In this document: piece by piece, positions 54,700-63,830 of the stretch
How positions within the stretch are numbered: position 1 is the first letter of the stretch
How the letters are laid out: each line of letters begins with the position of its first letter
Position numbers and translations under genes: made by a program
From: an uncultured Candidatus Saccharibacteria bacterium
GTDB taxonomy: Bacteria; Patescibacteriota; Saccharimonadia; Saccharimonadales; JALRHH01
Reading direction: 5' to 3'
Length of the DNA: 64,000 nt
Assembly: GCA_964590315.1 (NCBI GenBank)
Contig: CAZPVS010000003.1
Coordinates: 16,699-80,698 of the forward strand
The notes under the pieces: model-generated
Databases searched by the model: none
The model's input: the letters and a program-made list of their open reading frames with translations, nothing else
What the model was told of the DNA's origin: nothing

Positions 54700-55314
54700 C
54701 TAATTCGTTGTAGGAGGTGGGGAGGTGTTCTGCTGAGGAGTTAGCGTCACCACGGCCACAACCTTATTGGAACTCGGTCGATACACGACAACCTTACGAG
54801 ACTTCGCAAAAAAAAGCATCTTATCACCATCCCTGACATCAGCCAGTACCGCATTATCTTTTTTAACCTTTTCGGCGTCAGATACATTAGCCACTGTTGG
54901 CAACTCATTCAATGGCAATTCCACAAACTTGCTCACTGCTTCGTAGTATTTCTCTGATTCAGATCGCGTAGCGTCAGTAGCCCCAAGGGTTTGAGGCATC
55001 TCATTACTATTGCTCCTGCTTATAAATACAGCGGCCGTGAAAAGTACCAGCAGACACCCAACAGCTGCAAAGGCTAAGGCGCGCATAGAAACGGTTACGC
55101 TCCTCTTGGTTGGAGTATGTGCTTCTGATGTCTGTGGAACAGCCACAGCGGTTGGAAGGGGCTCAGAAGCCCCAACGGGTATCGGTTTTGAGGTCTGAGT
55201 TGGGGAGGCCATCTGTTCTGCTGCCTTTAGCACGGGCGTACTTTCCGCTACAAGCTCAGCGGGATATTCAATAACCTTCGGTTCGGCTGGCATTTTGACT
55301 CGTACGCGTGGCAC
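54700..55314 (-). CDS. Single-pass membrane protein of unknown function, directly downstream of fibre C
   Basis: A Pro/Thr-rich N-part is followed by a TM helix (ALAFAAVGCLLVLFTAAVFI) and then a C-domain of about 110 aa. The start lies 46 nt after the fibre C stop. Confidence 0.55.
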   Translation of the reverse strand: MPRVRVKMPAEPKVIEYPAELVAESTPVLKAAEQMASPTQTSKPIPVGASEPLPTAVAVPQTSEAHTPTKRSVTVSMRALAFAAVGCLLVLFTAAVFISRSNSNEMPQTLGATDATRSESEKYYEAVSKFVELPLNELPTVANVSDAEKVKKDNAVLADVRDGDKMLFFAKSRKVVVYRPSSNKVVAVVTLTPQQNTSPPPTTN

Positions 55315-55360
55315 AGTCCCCTCTTCTTTCCGCTTATTCTATAGGGCACATTGTACTGGC

Positions 55361-58300
55361 TTACGGGTTAGCGGGCAAGGTCTGACTTAGCTGAGGCGCT
55401 TTCACCCCGAGAGCGATCCATGAGAACTGTAACTGTTCAGTAGCGGGCGCGTTCACGATGATATCAAAACCTTCGGTCGTGACATTTGCGTAGCTATATT
55501 GGGCGAACTTACTGTCAAGAGAAACTGAGATAACTGGCGACTGGGTAAAAGGCTTAGTAAATGTTACGTGAACAATATCCTGCCCTGCCTCAATCCTTGC
55601 GTAGCCACCAGTGTTGTTGCTAAATGTTACGCTGTCATTAAAGGCGACATCCTCACTAAAGATCACGCTGCTACCAAAACTTACCAGTTGCTCAAAGAAG
55701 ACTTCTGCGCGGAAGTTGGCTTGACCCTCAACCGTGAGTGCACCTTGGCTGAACAGATCAGTGGTTACGGTCATGGTATCAACGATAAGATCATCGAAGC
55801 GAACAGGATCGCCATTACTGTTGGTGAATCCTGAGTTCTCGAGGTTTGTAACACGAGCCTGTAAGTCCTCAATGTCTTGCTGCAGTAGTCCAAGTTCGTC
55901 CACTGTTTCAGCCAGTTCCTGTACTGACTTGAGGGTGTACATATTCAGTGCGTCATAGTCAACACGGTAGTAGCCGTCATCTTCCTGATGTACAAGCTCT
56001 GGGAAAACCTGAGCCAATTCCTGCGCAATCACACCAGCCTGACGCTCAGAATCACATCCAATATTATTCTCTTCAAAGAAAGTATTCTGACAATCAAAGT
56101 CAAAATTAACTGCCCTAATTTCCTTCAATCTGTCGAGCGTTGAACCATTGATGTCTATAACATTTGTCTTAAGTCTGCCGTCTGAAAGTCCGTCTGCCTG
56201 ACAGGTTCCAGACAGAGTAACACCATCGGTGATCGTAAACGAATCAAGGTAGTTGTTGTTGCCACAGCTAATATCTAGGCCATTTGCCGCTGACAGTGAG
56301 GCACCAGAAATTGCGCCGCTCGCACTAATTGTAGTGGCATTGCTGATTGCTCCGGCAGTACTGATGTCAAGGCCTGTAGAGGCGACGGCGAAGGTGTTAC
56401 TACCGCCACCTAGCGTAATTGCGCCCGTACTAGAACCGGTGCTTATGTTAGTAGCGAAGTTAGAGCTAGCGTTTAAGCTGACTGCGGCTCCCGTGATAGT
56501 AAGACCAAGGCTACCCTGCAGCAGACCGGCACCACTGTTAACGCCTACTGCGGTAACTGCGCCCGCGGCACTTACCTGGAAGGCATTGCCCGTACCTGCT
56601 ATTAGCGTGCCTGACGCATCAAAGTTACCGGTAACATTAGTGTTATCCTGTAATTCAATTGTGCTGGCACTGTTTAGAATAATCTGGTTAGCACTTGTCA
56701 GTGTAATGTCATTCCCCGCTCCTGTGCTTGTTAGGGTTGCAGTACTACCCTGTAATAACAGTGCCTCGCCAGTCGCACCTACTGTCATAGCACCACCAGG
56801 TGTGATGGATAATACGCCAGTGGAAGTAATGCTCCCGCCATTTGCAGCAATCGCACCTGTAAAGGTAGCGCCGGCACCTGTAAAGGTAGTCGTGGCCGCC
56901 ATACCAATTGTTCCTGAGGTCGTAATACTATCCGCACCGACATCGATCGCACCAAAGTTTGCAGTAATAGAACCAGCATCGAGTGCACCCGTTCCAATTA
57001 TACCCGTGTAGCTACCCGATATATTACCTGACTGAAGAGTCCCTGCTACTTCGGCTGTGGCCAGGTCAATAGCATTAGTAGTTGAGCCAGAGCCTACGAA
57101 ATTACTAGCGGTAAGCGTGTCGCTTACATCGGCATCAGTGATCGATGCACACGTAAGGTTGCCGTTGGCTGCTATGGCGTTCGCGAACTGGTTGGCGGAA
57201 CAGTCAGAAGGGTTAGCAGCGAGTGCAGAAGCCGTGGTAGCCAGGTCTACAGTTAGGTTGTTTGGGATGTCGGCATCTGTTAATGCAGCACAGCTGAGGT
57301 TGCCGCTGGCGTCAATAGCGGTAGCAAACTGGTTAGCCGAACAATCACTTGGATTAGAAGCCAACGCGGCAGCAGTGGATGAGTTACCCGTGAGTGCCCC
57401 TATAAAGCTCCCGGCAGTAACGCTCCCGTCAAGTACCAGATTAGTATTAAACGACCCGTTGTTATTACTCAAGTTAACCGTTAGGTCAGCGGCACCAAGG
57501 TCAGCTGCTGCAGCCTGGAGGTTGTAAGCACGCAATGTCCCTGTTACTTCACTTGTCGCTAGATCAATTGCTGAGCCAAGTTTTGTAACGTTTGAGGACA
57601 ATGCTGCATCCGCTACGGTACTTGAGGAACCGATAGTGAGCGTGTCGCTTACATCGGCATCAGTGATCGATGCACACGTAAGGTTGCCGTTGGCTGCTAT
57701 GGCGTTCGCAAACTGGTTGGCGGAACAGTCGCTTGGGTTAGAAACAAGGGCGGTTGCCGTTGAGGCGTTGCCAGTTAAAGCGCCCGTAACATTGCCGGTA
57801 ACATTACCTGTCAGGTCACCCGTTACATCACCAGTGACATTCCCTGTGAGTGCCCCCACGAACGAAGACGCTGTCACTACCCCATCAATCATCAAGTTAG
57901 TGTTGAACGAGCCGTTAGTGTTACCCAGGTTAATGTTTACGTCTGCAGCCCCCAAGTCAGCCGCTACCACCTGAAGGTTAGTTGCCCTGAGGTAGCCCGA
58001 AACTTCTGTCGTGGCCAGATCGATTGCATTTGTAGTACTACCAGAGCCAACGAAGAGACTGGCTGTCAGCGTGTCGCTGACATCAGCATCAGTGATCGAT
58101 GCACACGTAAGATTGCCGTTGGCGGAAATCGTAGTTGCAAACTGATTTGCACTACAGTCGCTTGGATTAGACGCCAACGCAGAAGCCGTAGTGGCAAGGT
58201 CAACCGTAATATTGTTCGGAACATCAGCATCCGTTATGGCGGCACAGCTTAAGTTTCCATTGGCTGCGATCGTGGTAGCGAATTGGTTGGTGGAACAGTC

Positions 58301-61300
58301 GCTGGGGTTGGCTGCAAGGGCGGTTGCGGTGTCTGCGTTCCCTGTTACATTGCCCGTTATATTTCCTACAACATTGCCGTTGAGGTTACCCACAAAGCTT
58401 GCCGCAGTAACCGTTCCGTCAAGCGTTAGATTCGTGACAAAAGCGCCGTTGCTGTTGCTAAGTACAATATCTACGTTGGCGGCGCCAAGGTCCATTGCCG
58501 ATGACTGTAGGTTACTCGCACGTAGGTTACCGGCTACCTCAGCTGTAGCTAGGTCTACTGCGTTAGTAGTACTACCCGAACCCACCAAATTACTAGCGGT
58601 TAGCGTGTCACTAACATCGGCGTCGGTAAGACTAACACAGGTCAAATTGCCATTGGCGGAAATTGCGTTAGCGAACTGGTTAGCACTACAGTCAGAAGGG
58701 TTAGCTGCCAAAGCCGAAGCGGCAGTTGCGAGATCTACAGTGATGCTGTTAGGTACGTCAGCATCAGTGATGCTTGCACAAGCTAGATTCCCATTAGCAG
58801 CTATAGTTGTAGCAAACTGGTTGGCCGAACAGTCGGAGGGATTGGTAGCGAGAGCAGTTGCGGTATCAGCGTTACCGGTGACGTTTCCAGTCAGATTACC
58901 TGTTACATTCCCCGTAACATTACCGGTCAGATTGCCGCTAAAGGTGGCGGCAGTAATAGTCCCATCCACCGTTAGGTTGGTAACAAATGACCCATTACTG
59001 TTACTCAGGATAATATCTACGTTTGAAGCTCCCAGATCCGCTGCACCGGCTTGTAGGCTCGTAGCCCGCAAATTACCCGCAACCTCAGCTGAAGCCAGGT
59101 CTACAGCGTTGGTGGTACTTCCAGAGCCCACAAAGTTACTAGCGGTTAGTGTGTCAGACACGTACGTATCAGTTAATACCGTACCGTTCCATGTACCGGA
59201 GCTAATGGTCCCACCAGACACAGACAGGCCATTCACTGCTGTAGCGCTCAGACTACCACCGGACACAGAACCACCACTAAGAGTCCCTCCGGATATGGTG
59301 GCCCCATTCACAGTCCCTGATGTAGTAATACCGGACGTGTTAACCCCAAAATAGGTCGTGGAACCATCATCATTCTGAACTGACAGTAAGTTCACCCCGA
59401 TAGGAGTAGCAGCATCCCTAATTCGCAAACCACCGTCAGCTGAACTTAGGTTAATAATAGCGTTACTACCATCAACATCGTTGTTGTACGTGTCCTGTAG
59501 AGTTGGTGCCGAACCAGTACCGTTATCGGCCGCACAGACCCATTGGCCCGAACCGTTATACTTGAGAACCTCACCAGATGAACAGTCGATGAGCGAAAGG
59601 CCATTGCCATCAGACTCAATCCCCTTATTGGCCTGGACATTAGCTGCAACAGATATGGAGCCCGCGCCATTAGAAACCGTTACACCATTGCCTTGCGTAA
59701 TTGTTGCCAGGCTAAAGCCTGAACCATTCCCAATAAGTAATTGGCCATTCAAGGCAGATGATGCGTTAACCCCGGTACCACCATACTGCGCACCAATCAT
59801 CGTCCCATTCCAAGTACCAGAAGTTATGGTACCCACAGAGGTAATATCACCGAGATTGCCGCTAGTTATAAGCGTACCAGAAGCATCAGGCGCAGTAAGG
59901 GTGCGTGTGGTTGCGGTGCTAATACCGCTCAGCTGTAATACAACCTGCTTACTGTTGTCTGTGTTGTCCCTGATAGTAAATGCATTATCGGTGAACAGCC
60001 AGGCCCCAGTAATTGTTTCACTCTGATTGCGCCTTGTAACACCAGAGTTGACATAATCAATACTCACGTTACCCTCGCCTGCCGGAGTTTCGGAAACATC
60101 GAAGTCCGCACCGAGGAAATCAAGTGTACTAACAGCACTGCTCACGGTCGTATCATTTTCTTGCACACTCAGTGAACCGCTATTAGCGTCAACCGAACAT
60201 ATCCAACTCGTCCCATTCCACTTCAGTATCTCGTTAGTATTACAGCCACCTATGAGCCGCAGCCCATCTGAGGCTACTTCGAGACCAGAGTTAGAGCTTG
60301 TGGTGCCAGTAGTGCCAGCGGTAGTCACATCGAGTGCAATACTCACACCTGCCGACTCACTGCCAGATCCAGATACCGTGAGACCATTACCCCCCGTCAA
60401 AGACGCCACATAGTTCCCCGTCGTATCAGTACCGAGCGCAACACTATCAGCACCAATCGTGACAACACCCATGTTTGTAATAGATAGATCACCACTCATT
60501 GAACGTGATATCCATGATGTACCATTTGCAACAAGTAAGTTCCCGTTCGTCGCTGTTGTATCACCTAAATTGGTACCATTAATTTTTACAACACTCGGGC
60601 TTGGGTAGCTCCCAGAAAGATCACCTGAGGCACTTCCACCAGGGGTAACTCCGCTAATTGTAGTATTTACGACATTACTTATTCGCCCCTTGGCATCAAC
60701 GGTGATAACAGGAACCTCAGTAGCACTTCCATAACTATTTGCAGTAACTCCCGTACTTACCAATGTCAAAGCACCTAAATTACTGAGTGTCGCATCACCA
60801 CTCAGCGATACAAAACCTGGAGTGCCCCCGACACCCGCCACCAATAACTGACCATTCGTCCCGGCTGCCGTTGATTGAAGGGCCCCAGTACCATTACCGT
60901 AAACGATGCCATTGCTTGTAAAGCTTGCTACCCCCGTACCGCCATATTGCACGCCAATAGTAGACCCCTGCCAGACGCCACTCGTCAGCGTACCAACACT
61001 GGTGATATCAGTTAAGTTACCTGTACTAATGACTGTTCCACTAGCGTCAGGAGCAGATAACGTGCGAGTAATACCGCTTGTAAGGGCCGACAGTTCGAGG
61101 ACAAGCTTCTTGGTGGTGTCTGAGTTGTCCTGAAGCGTGAAACTGCTGTCATTAAAGCTCCAATTACCGCTAACTACTTCAGTAGCGGTGCGCCTAGTGA
61201 GGCCAGAGTTAGTGTAGTCGATTGCTACATTCGCCTGGCTACCGCTGGCAGTAACCGCAAAATCATTACCATCATAATTAGTCGAGGAAGCACCGCTGAC

Positions 61301-63433
61301 TATTGTGGTACCGTTTTCCTTTACATCCGTAGTACCAACGCCAGAATTGTCCGCGCTACACAGCCAGTTAGTCCCGTTCCACTTAAGTAACTCTCCGGGA
61401 TTACAACCCCCGATCAATCGTAAACCGTCTGAACCTATTTCTAAGCCAGAATTAGAGCTTATAGTGCCTGTTATACCAGATGTTATTACATCGAGCGCCA
61501 GAGTCACTCCTGCGCCCTCTCCGGAGCCCGTAGCAGTTAGCCCAGTACTTCCCGTAATAGTCGCGACGTAGCTTCCGACAGTATCAGTACCGAGCGCTAC
61601 TGCATCAGCAGTAATGGCGAAACCACTACTAAAACTACCGGAAATATCGCCACTTGCAGGTGTTTCGATAGTATTTACATAGATGGGATCAAGAGTCGTC
61701 GTGTAATTGGTCGTTAAGAGTACGTTACTGCCTAGACGAATGCGAGCCTGACCAGTACCTAGATTCTGTACTGAAAATTCCGTATTTGAGGCACTTGTAG
61801 GTCCAAATTCTAGTTGCGTTGTATTTGTAACAACTACCCCTCCATCAGATGACTGGACGTCAAAAGTACTACCAGAGTTCTCGTTTGCACAAACCCAGGC
61901 GCTACCACTCCAGCGCATAATCTGGCCTGTGCCACAACCACCTAAAAGTCGAAGGCCTTGAGTCGTTACCTCAAGGCCGGAGTTAGATGAAGTAGTGCTA
62001 GTACTACCGCTGGATGCCAAAGTCACCTCTAGTGCATCACTGTCAATATGAGTGCTCCAACCAGTTGCTACGTCCAGCGTCGTAATTGTGCCCGAGGTGC
62101 TTCCAAGAAGGCCGCTACCTGCCACAATGTCTCCTGCGCTACCCGTACCAGCAGGGCCCTGTGGGCCTGTTGGGCCTGCAGGTCCGGCTGGGCCTTGAGC
62201 ACCTGTAGCACCTCGGGCACCAGTAGCGCCTGTTGACCCGCTTCCTAGCCTCGAAGAGAGAGAAGAAAGCAGCGACTGCGACAGGTCTTCATACTGAATA
62301 GTGCCATTTGCAATAAGAGCCGAGGTAATTGGCAGAACAGAGAGATCGCCCTCCCGAGTACCTGGCTTTTTACCTTGTACGGCTTGGCTATTAAGGTTGC
62401 CTACGACCGTCTCATCAGCGACTTTTATATACGAGCTATCAGGAATGCTTAACGCGTTGCTGGGCACGATGTCGCCTTGGCCATCAACGCTGAATAGCTG
62501 ATCACCGGTCGCAGTTCCACTTTCTGGGCTAATCCTGTTCCTTAAGTCAGGGTTGACAACTTCTACGATGTTCAACGCCGGATCAGTAATTGGGCTCATC
62601 ACCCATGCGAGCAATGATTGGTCTTTCTCCGACTTCTGTCCCTGCCCTTGATCCTGTCTCCAACCCAGTATTCGTGCCATTGAATCAGGGAACAGCAGGA
62701 AGAGCGTTGTCACTATCATAACCAATGCCAAAAACAGCGTAACTAACCCTAGTAGTGCTTTCTGCCATAACCTCCACTCACGCACCGGAGTAAGCTTCGG
62801 CACTGATTGCCTTGGTGCTCTGCGAGGTTGATTACTCTTACCAGCCGTCTGAGCATTACTGGATTGTGGGGAACCAACATAATTAATACTCGAACTTACC
62901 CCTGTTGACGCAAGACTTTGCATAGGTATTTTCATTGCTTCTTCAAAGCCAGCAACGGGTATGTTAATAGGTGTCGTTACCCGTGGGACAGTAGCATACT
63001 CGAGGCTATCCTGTTGCTGAGCATTATCGTTATGGGCCGATTCCTCAGATGCTACCTCGATCGCCTTCTCAAACTTCTCACCATTGACGTAAGCAACAAC
63101 ACTCTCACGGTCAAAAAGTCGCTTTCCCCTTTCATCCCTAACCGACAATATAGATCCCGATGACTCCAGTCGACGTACTGTTGACGCAGAGACACTAAGC
63201 AGCTCGGCTACCTCTGTCGTTGAAAGCGGTTGGGTAGATTTGAAAGATTCAAGCTCATCTACTGCGAAGTAACGGTTTTTACCATCCAGACGAAGGGCGT
63301 GTAGTTGACCTGCCTTTTCCTTACGGCGAATAGTGTCAATGGAAACACCAAGAATAGATGCTGCTTCACCAACCGTAACATAATCACGGTATTCATGGTC
63401 TTCATGGTCTTCTTGAGGTGTTATTTCTTCCAT
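55361..63433 (-). CDS. Giant HTH-TM-fibre fusion protein (fibre C, 2690 aa). Modules in order: 2x MerR/excisionase-type HTH, TM helix, collagen-like tract, tandem Cys-pair repeats, Peptidase_S74 chaperone domain, coiled coil, H-type-lectin-like end
   Basis: Single uninterrupted 8.1-kb ORF. See the sub-features below for each module. Confidence 0.9.
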   Translation of the reverse strand: MEEITPQEDHEDHEYRDYVTVGEAASILGVSIDTIRRKEKAGQLHALRLDGKNRYFAVDELESFKSTQPLSTTEVAELLSVSASTVRRLESSGSILSVRDERGKRLFDRESVVAYVNGEKFEKAIEVASEESAHNDNAQQQDSLEYATVPRVTTPINIPVAGFEEAMKIPMQSLASTGVSSSINYVGSPQSSNAQTAGKSNQPRRAPRQSVPKLTPVREWRLWQKALLGLVTLFLALVMIVTTLFLLFPDSMARILGWRQDQGQGQKSEKDQSLLAWVMSPITDPALNIVEVVNPDLRNRISPESGTATGDQLFSVDGQGDIVPSNALSIPDSSYIKVADETVVGNLNSQAVQGKKPGTREGDLSVLPITSALIANGTIQYEDLSQSLLSSLSSRLGSGSTGATGARGATGAQGPAGPAGPTGPQGPAGTGSAGDIVAGSGLLGSTSGTITTLDVATGWSTHIDSDALEVTLASSGSTSTTSSNSGLEVTTQGLRLLGGCGTGQIMRWSGSAWVCANENSGSTFDVQSSDGGVVVTNTTQLEFGPTSASNTEFSVQNLGTGQARIRLGSNVLLTTNYTTTLDPIYVNTIETPASGDISGSFSSGFAITADAVALGTDTVGSYVATITGSTGLTATGSGEGAGVTLALDVITSGITGTISSNSGLEIGSDGLRLIGGCNPGELLKWNGTNWLCSADNSGVGTTDVKENGTTIVSGASSTNYDGNDFAVTASGSQANVAIDYTNSGLTRRTATEVVSGNWSFNDSSFTLQDNSDTTKKLVLELSALTSGITRTLSAPDASGTVISTGNLTDITSVGTLTSGVWQGSTIGVQYGGTGVASFTSNGIVYGNGTGALQSTAAGTNGQLLVAGVGGTPGFVSLSGDATLSNLGALTLVSTGVTANSYGSATEVPVITVDAKGRISNVVNTTISGVTPGGSASGDLSGSYPSPSVVKINGTNLGDTTATNGNLLVANGTSWISRSMSGDLSITNMGVVTIGADSVALGTDTTGNYVASLTGGNGLTVSGSGSESAGVSIALDVTTAGTTGTTSSNSGLEVASDGLRLIGGCNTNEILKWNGTSWICSVDANSGSLSVQENDTTVSSAVSTLDFLGADFDVSETPAGEGNVSIDYVNSGVTRRNQSETITGAWLFTDNAFTIRDNTDNSKQVVLQLSGISTATTRTLTAPDASGTLITSGNLGDITSVGTITSGTWNGTMIGAQYGGTGVNASSALNGQLLIGNGSGFSLATITQGNGVTVSNGAGSISVAANVQANKGIESDGNGLSLIDCSSGEVLKYNGSGQWVCAADNGTGSAPTLQDTYNNDVDGSNAIINLSSADGGLRIRDAATPIGVNLLSVQNDDGSTTYFGVNTSGITTSGTVNGATISGGTLSGGSVSGGSLSATAVNGLSVSGGTISSGTWNGTVLTDTYVSDTLTASNFVGSGSTTNAVDLASAEVAGNLRATSLQAGAADLGASNVDIILSNSNGSFVTNLTVDGTITAATFSGNLTGNVTGNVTGNLTGNVTGNADTATALATNPSDCSANQFATTIAANGNLACASITDADVPNSITVDLATAASALAANPSDCSANQFANAISANGNLTCVSLTDADVSDTLTASNLVGSGSTTNAVDLATAEVAGNLRASNLQSSAMDLGAANVDIVLSNSNGAFVTNLTLDGTVTAASFVGNLNGNVVGNITGNVTGNADTATALAANPSDCSTNQFATTIAANGNLSCAAITDADVPNNITVDLATTASALASNPSDCSANQFATTISANGNLTCASITDADVSDTLTASLFVGSGSTTNAIDLATTEVSGYLRATNLQVVAADLGAADVNINLGNTNGSFNTNLMIDGVVTASSFVGALTGNVTGDVTGDLTGNVTGNVTGALTGNASTATALVSNPSDCSANQFANAIAANGNLTCASITDADVSDTLTIGSSSTVADAALSSNVTKLGSAIDLATSEVTGTLRAYNLQAAAADLGAADLTVNLSNNNGSFNTNLVLDGSVTAGSFIGALTGNSSTAAALASNPSDCSANQFATAIDASGNLSCAALTDADIPNNLTVDLATTASALAANPSDCSANQFANAIAANGNLTCASITDADVSDTLTASNFVGSGSTTNAIDLATAEVAGTLQSGNISGSYTGIIGTGALDAGSITANFGAIDVGADSITTSGTIGMAATTTFTGAGATFTGAIAANGGSITSTGVLSITPGGAMTVGATGEALLLQGSTATLTSTGAGNDITLTSANQIILNSASTIELQDNTNVTGNFDASGTLIAGTGNAFQVSAAGAVTAVGVNSGAGLLQGSLGLTITGAAVSLNASSNFATNISTGSSTGAITLGGGSNTFAVASTGLDISTAGAISNATTISASGAISGASLSAANGLDISCGNNNYLDSFTITDGVTLSGTCQADGLSDGRLKTNVIDINGSTLDRLKEIRAVNFDFDCQNTFFEENNIGCDSERQAGVIAQELAQVFPELVHQEDDGYYRVDYDALNMYTLKSVQELAETVDELGLLQQDIEDLQARVTNLENSGFTNSNGDPVRFDDLIVDTMTVTTDLFSQGALTVEGQANFRAEVFFEQLVSFGSSVIFSEDVAFNDSVTFSNNTGGYARIEAGQDIVHVTFTKPFTQSPVISVSLDSKFAQYSYANVTTEGFDIIVNAPATEQLQFSWIALGVKAPQLSQTLPANP
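55403..55591 (-). other. H-type-lectin-like C-terminal domain of fibre C
   Basis: VHVTFTKPFTQSPVISVSLDSKF....VTTEGFDIIVNAP....QLQFSWIALG has the same pattern as Helix pomatia agglutinin-type lectin domains (ITFASPY..PPVVLLSITQLD....VSPTGF....SISWISI). Confidence 0.5.
55889..56188 (-). other. Peptidase_S74 / intramolecular chaperone (endosialidase and tail-fibre C-terminal) domain
   Basis: LSDGRLKTNVIDINGSTLDRLKEIRAVNFDF.......AGVIAQELAQVFPELVHQEDDGYYRVDYDALNMYTLKSVQELA matches the sDrRLKenI...l..l.pv.y.......GfiAQEv..v.Pe.V....dG...vdY..l....i.AiqeL pattern. Confidence 0.75.
57060..59170. repeat. About 4.5 tandem coding repeats (429-545 bp period) inside fibre C
   Basis: The anchor sequence gcgtgtcgct.acatc.gcatcagtgatcgatgcacacgtaag.ttgccgttggc recurs at 57115, 57640 and 58069, with diverged copies at 58603 and about 59148. 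Each unit encodes SDTLTASNxVGSGSTTNAxDLAxAEVAGxLRAxxLQ, then a variable (G-N/D-x-T)n tract, then one or two NPSDCSANQFAxxIxANGNLxCAxxTDADV modules. There are 7 NPSDCS modules in total. Confidence 0.85.
62132..62245 (-). other. Collagen-like G-X-Y tract
   Basis: GSTGATGARGATGAQGPAGPAGPTGPQGPAG gives about 10 uninterrupted Gly-X-Y triplets. Confidence 0.8.
62690..62761 (-). other. Single TM helix of fibre C
   Basis: The sequence RLWQK-ALLGLVTLFLALVMIVTTLFLLF-PD has basic residues on the N-side, which places the HTH region in the cytoplasm by the positive-inside rule. Confidence 0.7.
63088..63382 (-). other. Two tandem MerR/excisionase-family (HTH_17-like) helix-turn-helix domains
   Basis: YVTVGEAASILGVSIDTIRRKEKAGQLHALRLDGKNRYFAVDELESF and LSTTEVAELLSVSASTVRRLESSGSILSVRDERGKRLFDRESVVAYV both fit the lT..EaA..LgVS..T(i/v)rR....G.l........r.f....(l/v) pattern. 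Confidence 0.75.
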
Positions 63434-63797
63434 CGTTTTTGTGTAAGATTTGTATTCGATGTTTGCTTTTCTCGGCTAGAAAGCTTATGCATAAGTATAT
63501 TAACTACTGAGGCTGTGCAAGTCCTTCTGTAATTATTGTACTCAGTGTCTCCCTATGCCTGGGCTATCAGGCACAGAGGTGAGGCCTCGTCTTGAGCGGC
63601 ATGACTTCTTAAATTGTGACTGCTTTTATAGCAAATTTCACCCATAAAATATTTCATATTTTGAGAAGAATTGCGTAGATAATTTTATCAGCTTTAATTG
63701 TGTGCAATACATACCAGCCACAGATACGGAGCAGAAACAGCACGCTAATCTAAATTAATACCCTAAATACTTATTATGACATATATTTTTTATCGGA

Positions 63798-63830
63798 TTA
63801 TCCACAAGCGATGGAGGGGTGTGGATAGTA
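63798..63830. promoter_or_regulatory. Inverted pair of DnaA-box-like 9-mers in an AT-rich non-coding region
   Basis: TTATCCACA (63798-63806) is a perfect match to the consensus. TGTGGATAG (63822-63830) is the reverse complement CTATCCACA with 1 mismatch. Confidence 0.3.

Noticed and set aside
58191-59354. Long plus-strand ORFs nested antisense inside the giant genes. Examples: 58191-59354 (387 aa), 56253-57011 (252 aa), 9359-10102 (247 aa), 26544-27119 (191 aa), 12707-13246 (179 aa).
   Set aside because: They are V/P/A/L/S-rich low-complexity mirror images of the Thr/Gly/Ser/Asn/Ala-rich sense frames. They lie entirely within much longer, motif-rich minus-strand ORFs. They duplicate exactly where the sense repeats duplicate. 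They are a codon-composition artefact, not genes.
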